Shown here: piece by piece, positions 38,753 through 47,196 of the stretch
How positions within the stretch are numbered: the stretch's first letter is position 1
Layout: each line of letters opens with the position of its first letter
Origin: Bacilli bacterium
GTDB lineage: Bacteria; Bacillota_I; Bacilli_A; RF39; UBA660
Length of the DNA stretch: 64,000 nucleotides
Assembly (NCBI GenBank): GCA_017432825.1
Contig: JAFRIJ010000002.1
Span: 34,170-98,169, forward strand
Direction of reading: 5' to 3'
Position numbers and translations under genes: made by a program
Notes under the pieces: generated by a model
Told to the model about the DNA's origin: nothing
The model's input: only the letters and a program-made list of their open reading frames with translations
The model's database searches: none

Positions 38753-40222
38753 CTAAACATTACTACCATTAACATTAGTATATAATATATTACTATTTTT
38801 TTCAACAGAATTCTGCAACTTACTATATTGATTATTATTAACATTATAACTAGAATTTACATTACTAGTAACAGTAGAATTATTAATCTTACCAATGTTA
38901 TCACCAACATTATTAATATTTAAATTACTAATATTGCTATTATTAACACCTCTAGATTCATTAATAATTTCATAATTAAGCATAGGATTAATACTACTAT
39001 TTATAGAATTATTTTGTAAAACAGTTGTATTAGCTACATTATTACTTAATACTTGATTATTATTTTGAACAATATTTTCATTATTATTTTGAGCAATATT
39101 AGATTGCTTATCCAAAATATTTACTTTTTCATTATTATAATTTAAAGAATTATCATTTGCCTCATGAAAACTCTCTTTAACAAGTATATCAGGTTGCATT
39201 ATAACACCCTGACTTTCTAAATATCCCAATAAATATTTAGAAGGATTTTGTAAAGTAAATTTACCATCAGGAGTTCTTTTATATAAAATTTTATATTTAG
39301 GATTATTATCTTCATCTACATAAAATTCTACTACCTCTGCTACTTCTCTTTTAAATCTTTGTAATTCTTTACTATAATAGCCCCTAATATGTACACCAAG
39401 TTGTACATATCTATGTATACTTCTTAAAAACTGATCCATATCTATACTAGACTCTAATAAACTATATAGACGACTTGGTATAGATTCAGCCTTTTCAGCA
39501 TGTATTGTTGATAAAATATTATGACCAGAAGAAATAGAATCACGAACAGCCATAACTGCCTCAGCACTTCTAACTTCAGATAACAATATCCATCTAGGAT
39601 TTTGTCTCATACAAGTAACAAGTACATCAGCATAACTAGCTATATTATTAGTTTTCATTGCAACTATATCTCTTTGAGGAAATATCTTATCTAAGTGTAA
39701 TTCCAAAGTATCTTCAATTGTAATTATTTTTTCATCAGGCTTAGTATGAGCAGCTAAGTATTTAATAAACTCAGTTTTACCACTACCGGTTTCACCACTT
39801 ACCAAAATATTACAATGTCCTTCAACACACTTTAGTAAAAAATCATGAATATCTAATCTAATATAATCTTCTTTTAATATTTTGTCTTTTTCAAGTCTTA
39901 TCTTAGCAGGAGTCTTACGAATAAGAACAGCTATACCATTTCTTGCAATAGAATCATGAACAAAGTTCATACGAAGTTCATCTGATTCAGCATCCAAGAA
40001 AGGATTAGCCATATTAAATGATTTACCCATAGTATTAGCACACTGAAAAGCCATTTTTTCCATAAAAGCATTATTTACAGCAGGATTTTCTACTCTAAAT
40101 ACACCTTTAGATAAAGTCTTTAACCAAACTTGACCACCATTACTATAAGATATATCTGTAACATCATCATTATCCAAATAAACTTGAATTGGCCCAAAAT
40201 CAACTTGAGAAAATTCATTCAT
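38753..40222 (-). CDS. TadA/CpaF-type secretion ATPase with an Asn-rich C-terminal extension
   Basis: Walker A SGETGSGKTE, Walker B-like RWILLSEVR (Asp box IITIEDTLEL upstream) and His-box region SGHNILSTIHA. Start at ATG 40222 behind GGAGG. The last roughly 135 aa are low-complexity N/S/V. Confidence 0.85.
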   Translation of the reverse strand: MNEFSQVDFGPIQVYLDNDDVTDISYSNGGQVWLKTLSKGVFRVENPAVNNAFMEKMAFQCANTMGKSFNMANPFLDAESDELRMNFVHDSIARNGIAVLIRKTPAKIRLEKDKILKEDYIRLDIHDFLLKCVEGHCNILVSGETGSGKTEFIKYLAAHTKPDEKIITIEDTLELHLDKIFPQRDIVAMKTNNIASYADVLVTCMRQNPRWILLSEVRSAEAVMAVRDSISSGHNILSTIHAEKAESIPSRLYSLLESSIDMDQFLRSIHRYVQLGVHIRGYYSKELQRFKREVAEVVEFYVDEDNNPKYKILYKRTPDGKFTLQNPSKYLLGYLESQGVIMQPDILVKESFHEANDNSLNYNNEKVNILDKQSNIAQNNNENIVQNNNQVLSNNVANTTVLQNNSINSSINPMLNYEIINESRGVNNSNISNLNINNVGDNIGKINNSTVTSNVNSSYNVNNNQYSKLQNSVEKNSNILYTNVNGSNV

Positions 40223-40241
40223 GAATTTCACCTCCTATTGA

Positions 40242-41090
40242 TTAATTATTCTTTTTTGTATCTTCATTTTTCTTATTTTCTTCAACTACTTCTTTAGTAG
40301 AAGATAAAATTTCATCAACAGAAACCATCTTAGTCTTATCATTAATAAATTTTTGAATATCTTCACTACTTACCATAACAGAATCTTTATCAGTAAGTTC
40401 TTGAGTATTAGGAACTAATATAAGTTCAACACTATATTGACTAGCTAAATAAATTGCTTTTCTAAATAATAAATGCATATCTTCAGGTAAAGCAAATAAC
40501 ATATAAGCAGGAGTTCTAGCTTCATCAGTATTATCAAATACATGTTGTCCAGAACTATCTTTAACATCTAATATTTCAACATTACTAATAAATTTACCAA
40601 ACATAATAGTACCATCATCATTAGTACCCTTAAAATAGATATTAATATAATCCTTAGGCATCATACTATTAGCATAAGTAGTATCCATATTAACCTTATA
40701 ATTAATAACTGTATATCCATCTTTAACATTAACAAATGATGAATTAGGTAAATTCTTTTCATCTATAACTAAATCAGTATAGAACAAACTACCTTGAGCA
40801 ATCATAGTATTATAATTAGAATACTTTCCAGCAATATCATTACCATTTCTATAGTAACTACCAACTAAGAAAGATGCAGGAACATTCATATAACTAATCA
40901 TATCAACAGTAATCTTCGTTCTAGGTTGAATAGTTTGATTAGCATATGGTACTCTAGTTAAAGCAACCTTTTGATTAATCCTAAAATTATAACCCAACCA
41001 CAAAACCACCACACACAAAACAACCCCTAAAATAGTAACTGTGTTCTTATTTCCTAAGAACTTCTTCAACGAACTAGATAAATTATTCAT
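40242..41090 (-). CDS. CpaB/RcpC-like Flp pilus assembly protein (SAF domain)
   Basis: 282 aa. N-terminal TM (TILGVVLCVVVLWLGY), then VALTRVPYANQTIQPRTKITVDMI, typical of the CpaB SAF domain. Confidence 0.65.
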   Translation of the reverse strand: MNNLSSSLKKFLGNKNTVTILGVVLCVVVLWLGYNFRINQKVALTRVPYANQTIQPRTKITVDMISYMNVPASFLVGSYYRNGNDIAGKYSNYNTMIAQGSLFYTDLVIDEKNLPNSSFVNVKDGYTVINYKVNMDTTYANSMMPKDYINIYFKGTNDDGTIMFGKFISNVEILDVKDSSGQHVFDNTDEARTPAYMLFALPEDMHLLFRKAIYLASQYSVELILVPNTQELTDKDSVMVSSEDIQKFINDKTKMVSVDEILSSTKEVVEENKKNEDTKKNN

Positions 41091-41115
41091 TTTTTCACCC
41101 TTTCTTACTTTTTAT

Positions 41116-41796
41116 CTATCTACAATCATCACCATTACATTCTTCATCATCAGAATCATACTCATCATCTTCTTCTTCAACTATTTTTTGAACATCAGTT
41201 GAAATATTATTAAATTCAAGTATTTCTTCTGAAGAAGCAGAACTGCCTTCAGAAGAATTATCTAAAATCAAATCATCTTCAGCAACAACATCTTTAGAAT
41301 CTTCAACTACTTCAAAACTATTACTCCTTAATTTTAATATTTTATTTTGTTCTAAAATACCAGTCAAAGAATTAGTAATTTTTAATGATTGATAATCAGA
41401 AACAACGCCATAATCATCAGTTATTCCTTCAATTACAACTGATGCTTTGGGAGGAGATTCAATAATATCATAAAATTTTATCGTATAATTCTTAGCATCG
41501 CCACCAACAGTAGCAACAAACCTTCTAGTAAAATTTTCAACAAATTTAGTTTCAGACATTTTTAGTTTTCCAGAACCACACATATCATTTAAACCATTTT
41601 GACTTGTCCTTCTTACTCTTTGGTCTATTCTATAACATGTCATATCAACAGATTCAATCATAGCAGCTTTCATAGCTTCTTTTAAATTATAATATTCAGA
41701 ATCATTATTAATAGTAATAGATTGAAGCATTACAATTAATACTAATCCTATACTACCAAAAAGCAACATTCCAAAACCATAATAAGCATATTTCAA
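41116..41796 (-). CDS. hypothetical membrane-anchored protein with an acidic C-terminal tail (possible minor pilin)
   Basis: 226 aa. N-terminal MKYAYYGFGMLLFGSIGLVLIVML. The C-terminal 70 aa are very rich in D/E/S and end in DDEECNGDDCR. Confidence 0.45.
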   Translation of the reverse strand: MKYAYYGFGMLLFGSIGLVLIVMLQSITINNDSEYYNLKEAMKAAMIESVDMTCYRIDQRVRRTSQNGLNDMCGSGKLKMSETKFVENFTRRFVATVGGDAKNYTIKFYDIIESPPKASVVIEGITDDYGVVSDYQSLKITNSLTGILEQNKILKLRSNSFEVVEDSKDVVAEDDLILDNSSEGSSASSEEILEFNNISTDVQKIVEEEDDEYDSDDEECNGDDCR

Positions 41797-41808
41797 TTAC
41801 CACACCTC

Positions 41809-44187
41809 CTATTTATCGCACGATTCATTAAATTCACCAATGTTACAATAACTATTTTGATTATTTATAGTCTTAAATCCATTACCACTATTTATAAAAT
41901 TATTTGAACCATTGTCATTAATACCTGTCCAACTTGTATACACTTTATCATTAGAACTTATTTTCAAAATATCACTATCGGATAATTCAGCTTTATACAC
42001 TATTTTCCCATTAGGATATAAAGCAAAAGTATTATTCATTCTACTTTTATTATTAGAATTATCCCACCATGTCACCCAATTAGTAGGAATTTTCTTAGGA
42101 AAGGGATCAGAAACATCAATTGTCCTATAAGAAACATCGTATTTAAATTCATTGACATCAATTCCACACTCCGCTTTATAATAAAATTTAAACCATCCAG
42201 TCATACTTAAATTAGATGTAGCTATATTATATGGAAAAGATTTATTAATATCATAATTCAACGGCGTATAATATTTATTTCCACCAGAGACAGAATAACC
42301 TTTTTTCCCCTTTTCATAAGAAACTTCACCATTGCTATTAAAGAAAGCTTCTTTCATCTCCACGTTTGTATCATTGGCAATAAAAACGCCAACTTTTTTA
42401 CCTTTATTATCGCTTGAAGTATATTTATGGTACTCTATATCAGAATCAGGAATAATATTTAATTCGGTTTTATAATCATTTTTAGAGTAATTATTTGAAT
42501 CCTTAGTAACAACATTAAGAGCAAGTAAAGATTCTTTATCTTTCATCTTATCCAACAATTCATTTTTTAATTTATCCCTTACTACATTTTCAATACTTAC
42601 CTTCTCACTTGATGAACTAGCAATCTTACCACTACCAGACTGATAATAATATGGATTATCTAAAGAATCGTGATCTGCAAAATACCATTCTAAATTAGAA
42701 ATATAATTTGTAGCATCATTACCAGAATTAACTAAACCAAAGCCACCACCTGAATAAGTATTTTTTAAATCGAAAGCTCCAAATTTAAATTTAACATTTT
42801 CTATCAATATAACACTTACATAAATAGTATTTTGTCCACTACCAATTTGCAAAGGATGACAACTACATCCATTAAAATTAACTACATAATTCTTATCATC
42901 AGTTGCCTGATCATCAGTTAAACTAGATTTACAAGTTTTGGTAACTGGATCCGATTCATTATGCTCGCCATAAACATTTTTTAGAACAGAATCAGAAACA
43001 ATCGGACACACTTCATGTTGAATTACTCTTTGAGTAACATTTATTTTTCTTGTTTCTTTGTGATTTATAGTAATCTTATTATTTGCATTTTTTTCTTCAG
43101 CTACTAACATATTCTGTGCAATTTCTCCATCTACCTTACATTCAACTTCATCTTTAGCAGAATTATAACAAATTGGCTTATACATTTTAGTATTGTAATA
43201 ATCAACACTAGAATTTTTTATTTCTTTAAAATCAGCAGTTATACTTAAAGTAATTTTATTAATATTATTTCTCTTAGTATATAAATATAATTTTAAATTA
43301 TCTCCTGAGTTCAATGAAATATTCATATCTTCTTCAGTACAATCTTGAGTAGATCCAGAAGTATAACGACAAATTTGAACTCCCTTCCAGTTATTTGCAA
43401 TCGAAATATTAATAGCTTTACTTTCGTTGTTCTTAATTATAATATCATTTGTTTTATAATACCCCGATGTATTACACGTTGTATCATTGGATCCGGATGC
43501 AATAAAATCAAATACAGCATTTAAAGTATTTAACTCAAAATTTATTTTACTACTTTTTGTACTGCTTACATTACCATTAGCGTTTTTAAAATCAGTATAT
43601 GCTTTCCACGCATCTTCTAATATTTTTTTTGTACGTGCATAATCACTTAGATTGTACAATTCATTATTTGCATCTTTACTATTATTAACATAATATGGAT
43701 AAGGAGCATAATTTCTTAAATAAACCCACAATGAAGTTTGAGCATTAAACCATGATTGTTTTTTTCCACCTTTAGAAGTGTTAGTATCAGCTAATCCTCT
43801 ATTTATAACAAATCCCGCAATTATACTGCAATCACCATCACTTTTTAGTTCTCCAGTTCCACCAACTTTATACTTACAGTTACTATTACTACGCCACTCA
43901 GAATCTTCTTGATATTTTTTACTTTCTTTATCAAACTTATTACGACGAGTTGCACAGTATGCAAGAGTATCTTTTTTACCATTATTTACCCATTTACGAT
44001 GGTCATGAGAAGAATTACAATTAGTATAACTATTTGATAAATATGTGAACTTATCCCTATTGTAACAAATTTCATCACTACTACCATAATGAGTAAAAGA
44101 TATAGCGTTAACATTAAAACAAAAAGAGAAAAATAAAATATAAAATATAAATAATAAACTAATTATTCTGTTTTTCACAATATTCAC
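41809..44187 (-). CDS. large secreted Cys-rich protein of unknown function
   Basis: 792 aa. Sec signal (FSFCFNVNA/ISF) and about 20 or more Cys. Translationally coupled to the upstream 218-aa gene (1-nt gap). Confidence 0.6.
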   Translation of the reverse strand: MNIVKNRIISLLFIFYILFFSFCFNVNAISFTHYGSSDEICYNRDKFTYLSNSYTNCNSSHDHRKWVNNGKKDTLAYCATRRNKFDKESKKYQEDSEWRSNSNCKYKVGGTGELKSDGDCSIIAGFVINRGLADTNTSKGGKKQSWFNAQTSLWVYLRNYAPYPYYVNNSKDANNELYNLSDYARTKKILEDAWKAYTDFKNANGNVSSTKSSKINFELNTLNAVFDFIASGSNDTTCNTSGYYKTNDIIIKNNESKAINISIANNWKGVQICRYTSGSTQDCTEEDMNISLNSGDNLKLYLYTKRNNINKITLSITADFKEIKNSSVDYYNTKMYKPICYNSAKDEVECKVDGEIAQNMLVAEEKNANNKITINHKETRKINVTQRVIQHEVCPIVSDSVLKNVYGEHNESDPVTKTCKSSLTDDQATDDKNYVVNFNGCSCHPLQIGSGQNTIYVSVILIENVKFKFGAFDLKNTYSGGGFGLVNSGNDATNYISNLEWYFADHDSLDNPYYYQSGSGKIASSSSEKVSIENVVRDKLKNELLDKMKDKESLLALNVVTKDSNNYSKNDYKTELNIIPDSDIEYHKYTSSDNKGKKVGVFIANDTNVEMKEAFFNSNGEVSYEKGKKGYSVSGGNKYYTPLNYDINKSFPYNIATSNLSMTGWFKFYYKAECGIDVNEFKYDVSYRTIDVSDPFPKKIPTNWVTWWDNSNNKSRMNNTFALYPNGKIVYKAELSDSDILKISSNDKVYTSWTGINDNGSNNFINSGNGFKTINNQNSYCNIGEFNESCDK

Positions 44188-44188
44188 C

Positions 44189-44845
44189 TCAATCTAATCT
44201 GTTCTTCTTCACATTATGTATAACTAAATAAATGCATCCTATAAAAACTATAAAAGCGCCAATAGAAATAATAAGTATATTATTCATAATAAATGATATC
44301 AAATCATTTTTTTTAGTTTTTTTATTAATAGTTTTTTCTTTATATTCGTTTACCTCTTTTAAAAAACTATTATAGGATAATTTATCACTATTATAAAATC
44401 TACTGCACACATCTATTTCATCCTGTATATCACTACATTCACTACTATCATAATATAAATTTAACTTTTTTAAGTCTAAATCTATTGACTTTAACACTTG
44501 ATTAGGGCAAGAATTTGAAAAAATATTTAATTTACCAAAATCAGAACTCACAGTTTCAGAAACGCTACCATCTATAGAATCAGAATAATTAAATATTACA
44601 GTTTGTTCTCTATTTGTAGCATAAAAGCCATCTATTAAACCATATATAGTAATTATATTATATCCATAATTACCAACCTTAGCATTTTCTTCATCATATT
44701 GACTTACAGCAGTTATATTATCTGCAATTTTTTTTAAATCATTTATTTTTTCAGCACTACATTCAGCTTTAACCTTATATGGAAGTATTAAAAAAGTAAT
44801 AATTAATACCAATATTATTCTTCTTCTCACATATACCCTCTCCAC
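44189..44845 (-). CDS. hypothetical exported protein with a C-terminal TM anchor
   Basis: 218 aa. Signal peptide (LILPYKVKA/E), several Cys, and a C-terminal TM (ILIISIGAFIVFIGCIYLVI). First gene of the minus-strand cluster. Confidence 0.5.
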   Translation of the reverse strand: MERVYVRRRIILVLIITFLILPYKVKAECSAEKINDLKKIADNITAVSQYDEENAKVGNYGYNIITIYGLIDGFYATNREQTVIFNYSDSIDGSVSETVSSDFGKLNIFSNSCPNQVLKSIDLDLKKLNLYYDSSECSDIQDEIDVCSRFYNSDKLSYNSFLKEVNEYKEKTINKKTKKNDLISFIMNNILIISIGAFIVFIGCIYLVIHNVKKNRLD

Positions 44846-44956
44846 ATACTATCCTATTTAAAATAATAATACCATTTTTTTTAACAAAAATAAAGAATAT
44901 TTTGTATTTTTTTAAAAAAAGTGGTATTATATTACTACATATCCAAGGAGGAATAT

Positions 44957-45403
44957 ATGAAAAAAAGAAACAATAATTTATTTGTAGGATTAATAATACT
45001 ATTAATTATTATAGTAGCATCGCTATTAATAATAAAAATACTTAATCCAAATAAAGGAGAATTAATTGCAATAAACTACAAAGAATATCAAAATAAAATT
45101 AAAAACAAAGATTCTTTTATCTTAATAGTAAGTCAAAGTACATGTTCACATTGTGCTGAATATAAACCAAAATTAATAAAAATAGCTAAGAAAAATAAAA
45201 TAGATATTTATTACATTGATTATGATTTAGAAACAAGTACAGATCAAAAAGAATTTCTAGATAACAATAATTTAACAGGTTCTACTCCAATTACATTATT
45301 TATTAAACATGGAAAGCAAACAAGCCTATTTGATAGAATTGAAGGAGACGTATCTATAGAAAAAGTTACAGATAAATTTAAAAAATTAGGGTTTATTAAA
45401 TAA
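44957..45403 (+). CDS. membrane-anchored thioredoxin-like protein (CxxC)
   Basis: Start at ATG 44957 behind an AAGGAGG RBS. N-terminal TM and active-site-like SQSTCSHCAEYKP. Divergent from the Cys-rich protein cluster. Confidence 0.7.
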   Translation: MKKRNNNLFVGLIILLIIIVASLLIIKILNPNKGELIAINYKEYQNKIKNKDSFILIVSQSTCSHCAEYKPKLIKIAKKNKIDIYYIDYDLETSTDQKEFLDNNNLTGSTPITLFIKHGKQTSLFDRIEGDVSIEKVTDKFKKLGFIK

Positions 45404-45419
45404 TAAATCCTAATTTTTA

Positions 45420-45448
45420 TTGATTTTTCTATACTTTTATTATATAAT
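45420..45448 (+). promoter_or_regulatory. candidate sigma-A promoter of tRNA-Arg
   Basis: TTGATT (45420-45425), a 17-nt spacer, then TATAAT (45443-45448), 20 nt upstream of the tRNA 5' end. Confidence 0.45.
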
Positions 45449-45467
45449 TATATGCGTATTCAAAAAA

Positions 45468-45544
45468 GCGCCCATAGCTCAACTGGATAGAGCGTTTGGC
45501 TACGGACCAAAAGGTTTGGGGTTCGAATCCCTATGGGCGCACCA
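45468..45544 (+). tRNA. tRNA-Arg (anticodon ACG), CCA encoded
   Basis: Cloverleaf folded by hand: acceptor GCGCCCA/TGGGCGC, D-arm GCTC..GAGC, anticodon stem TTTGG/CCAAA with loop CTACGGA, T-arm TGGGG-TTCGAAT-CCCTA. Close to B. subtilis tRNA-Arg(ACG) as I recall it. Confidence 0.93.
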
Positions 45545-45555
45545 TTATAGAGTTT

Positions 45556-45596
45556 AAAAGAAAGTCTTATAATTAAAGACTTTCTTTTATTTTTTT
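45556..45596 (+). terminator. rho-independent terminator after tRNA-Arg
   Basis: 13-bp stem AAAAGAAAGTCTT/AAGACTTTCTTTT (45556-45568 / 45576-45588), a 7-nt loop, then a T-run. Confidence 0.7.
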
Positions 45597-45665
45597 CATT
45601 TAAAAGTTACAAGCAAAAAATCGCTACCTAAAATTTTTAGTAGGTTTTTTATTAAAAATACTTTT

Positions 45666-46814
45666 TTAATTAACTCTTTTTTGCAACAATATAAATATTC
45701 CTACTATACTTAATCCCAACAAAGATACATAAATAATTACATTATCAGAAGTAGGTGGATTTATACTTGAACCATCCATAACTGTCATACTACCATCAAC
45801 AGAACCATCACTATACACAAATGTAATAGTATAATCTCCAGCACTTAAATTATTTAAAAATGTATGCTTTAACGTAAGAATTGTGCTTCCACTCTCAATA
45901 ACATAATTATCCCTATCAACTAATGAATTATTTAATTTTATTCCAACTAATTTATCTAATGATCCACTAGCCTTTATAACAATATCTGTTGTATCACCTA
46001 ACTTAAATATTTGTTTATTGCCATCTTCTATCGTATATACATATTTCCATTTTGCATATATAGTTATATTCTTCTCTATAACTGTATTAAAATTATATTC
46101 TACAGTAAGTTCTTTATCCTCATACCAACCATCAAATACATACCCATCTTTTGTAGGATTAGTAGTAGGATTGATAGCTTTATCTCCATAATAAACTGTT
46201 TGATTACCAACAGCAGTACCACCATTAGTATCAAATTTTACAGTATTATAAATCATTCCACTTTCTCCACTAGAATCAAGTATATCATAATCACCATCAT
46301 CATTTATAACAATTTTACCTAAATACGCATCCGGATAAACTACAAAATCATCATCCGTCCATAAATAAAGATAATATTCATAATTCTCATTAAGAGGTAA
46401 ATTAACTTGTAATGATTGCTCAATATAACGATTATCTTCTCCAAATGAAGCAAAACCTTCATCGCTATCAGGAGCTATTTCCTTAATTCCATACAAATTT
46501 AAAAAAGAACTATTATTCTTTACATCAGATAAACTTCTAAATCCATATGTTTCACTAACTGCACCAAAATCAGTTAAATCACCTTCTTGAAACTTCTCTG
46601 TTTGAACAAAAACCCAACTATGTGCCTCTCCATAATAACGTGGCAAATTAAACGAAATATCAAAAGACACAACATTATTATTATTAACCTCTACATTAGA
46701 TAAAACTATATCTGTAGCTTCCCATGCCTTAACACTAGGTATGAACATAACAACAGCCATTATAACTACTAAAAAACTTTTAAAAAAATTATTTTTCAAT
46801 ACAATCACACCCAA
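45666..46814 (-). CDS. surface protein with a Listeria-Bacteroides (InlB B-repeat/Flg_new-type) repeat
   Basis: 382 aa. Signal peptide, then VKFDTNGGTAVGNQTVYYGDKAINPTTNPTKDGYVFDGWYEDKELTVEYNFNTVIEKNITIYAKW, the classic repeat. C-terminal TM and basic tail. Confidence 0.8.
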   Translation of the reverse strand: MGVIVLKNNFFKSFLVVIMAVVMFIPSVKAWEATDIVLSNVEVNNNNVVSFDISFNLPRYYGEAHSWVFVQTEKFQEGDLTDFGAVSETYGFRSLSDVKNNSSFLNLYGIKEIAPDSDEGFASFGEDNRYIEQSLQVNLPLNENYEYYLYLWTDDDFVVYPDAYLGKIVINDDGDYDILDSSGESGMIYNTVKFDTNGGTAVGNQTVYYGDKAINPTTNPTKDGYVFDGWYEDKELTVEYNFNTVIEKNITIYAKWKYVYTIEDGNKQIFKLGDTTDIVIKASGSLDKLVGIKLNNSLVDRDNYVIESGSTILTLKHTFLNNLSAGDYTITFVYSDGSVDGSMTVMDGSSINPPTSDNVIIYVSLLGLSIVGIFILLQKRVN

Positions 46815-47105
46815 TTATTATATCTATTTTAATAAAAGTATTCTATCATATTTTTTAAAACTTAACAATAATTTTTTTAAAATTTACTTTACTTTCAATT
46901 AAAACGTACTTTAAAATAATATCATAGAATTTACCTAAAATTTTTTAGTGAATTTTTAGTGGATTTTTTATTTTTTTAGGTAAATCTATTTATATTTATT
47001 TAACTCTATTTAGTCTTTATAAATCAAAAAGATAAACTCGATATATCAATAAATATAGGGGATTATAAACAAAATAATAAAAAATTAAGTTGAGACACTT
47101 TTTAC

Positions 47106-47150
47106 CTACGGACCAAAAGGTTTGGGGTTCGAATCCCTATGGGTGCGCCA
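47106..47150 (+). repeat. duplicated 3' half of tRNA-Arg (att-like remnant)
   Basis: 47106-47143 is identical to 45500-45537 (38 nt, anticodon loop to acceptor). The tail is GGGTGCGCCA against GGGCGCACCA in the intact gene. There is no 5' half. Confidence 0.9.
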
Positions 47151-47161
47151 TAATAATAAAT

Positions 47162-47190
47162 AAAAACTCTTGAATAATTCAAGAGTTTTT
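47162..47190. terminator. bidirectional hairpin terminator
   Basis: 13-bp stem AAAAACTCTTGAA/TTCAAGAGTTTTT with a 3-nt loop. It lies after the tRNA fragment (+) and after the stop of the 478-aa transporter gene (-). Confidence 0.7.
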
Positions 47191-47196
47191 TATTTA

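Noticed and set aside
33326-45403. The Tad-like region as a prophage or ICE.
   Set aside because: The 12 kb contains no integrase, relaxase, capsid, terminase or replication genes, and no flanking direct repeats were found. By eye its composition does not differ from the flanks. It is treated as a chromosomal locus.
45597-45665. Terminator for the 382-aa surface-protein gene formed by CCTACTAAAAATTTTAGGTAG.
   Set aside because: Only a 6-bp all-A/T stem with a 1-nt loop can form, which is not a credible hairpin. The nearby 45556-45596 hairpin may serve both strands.
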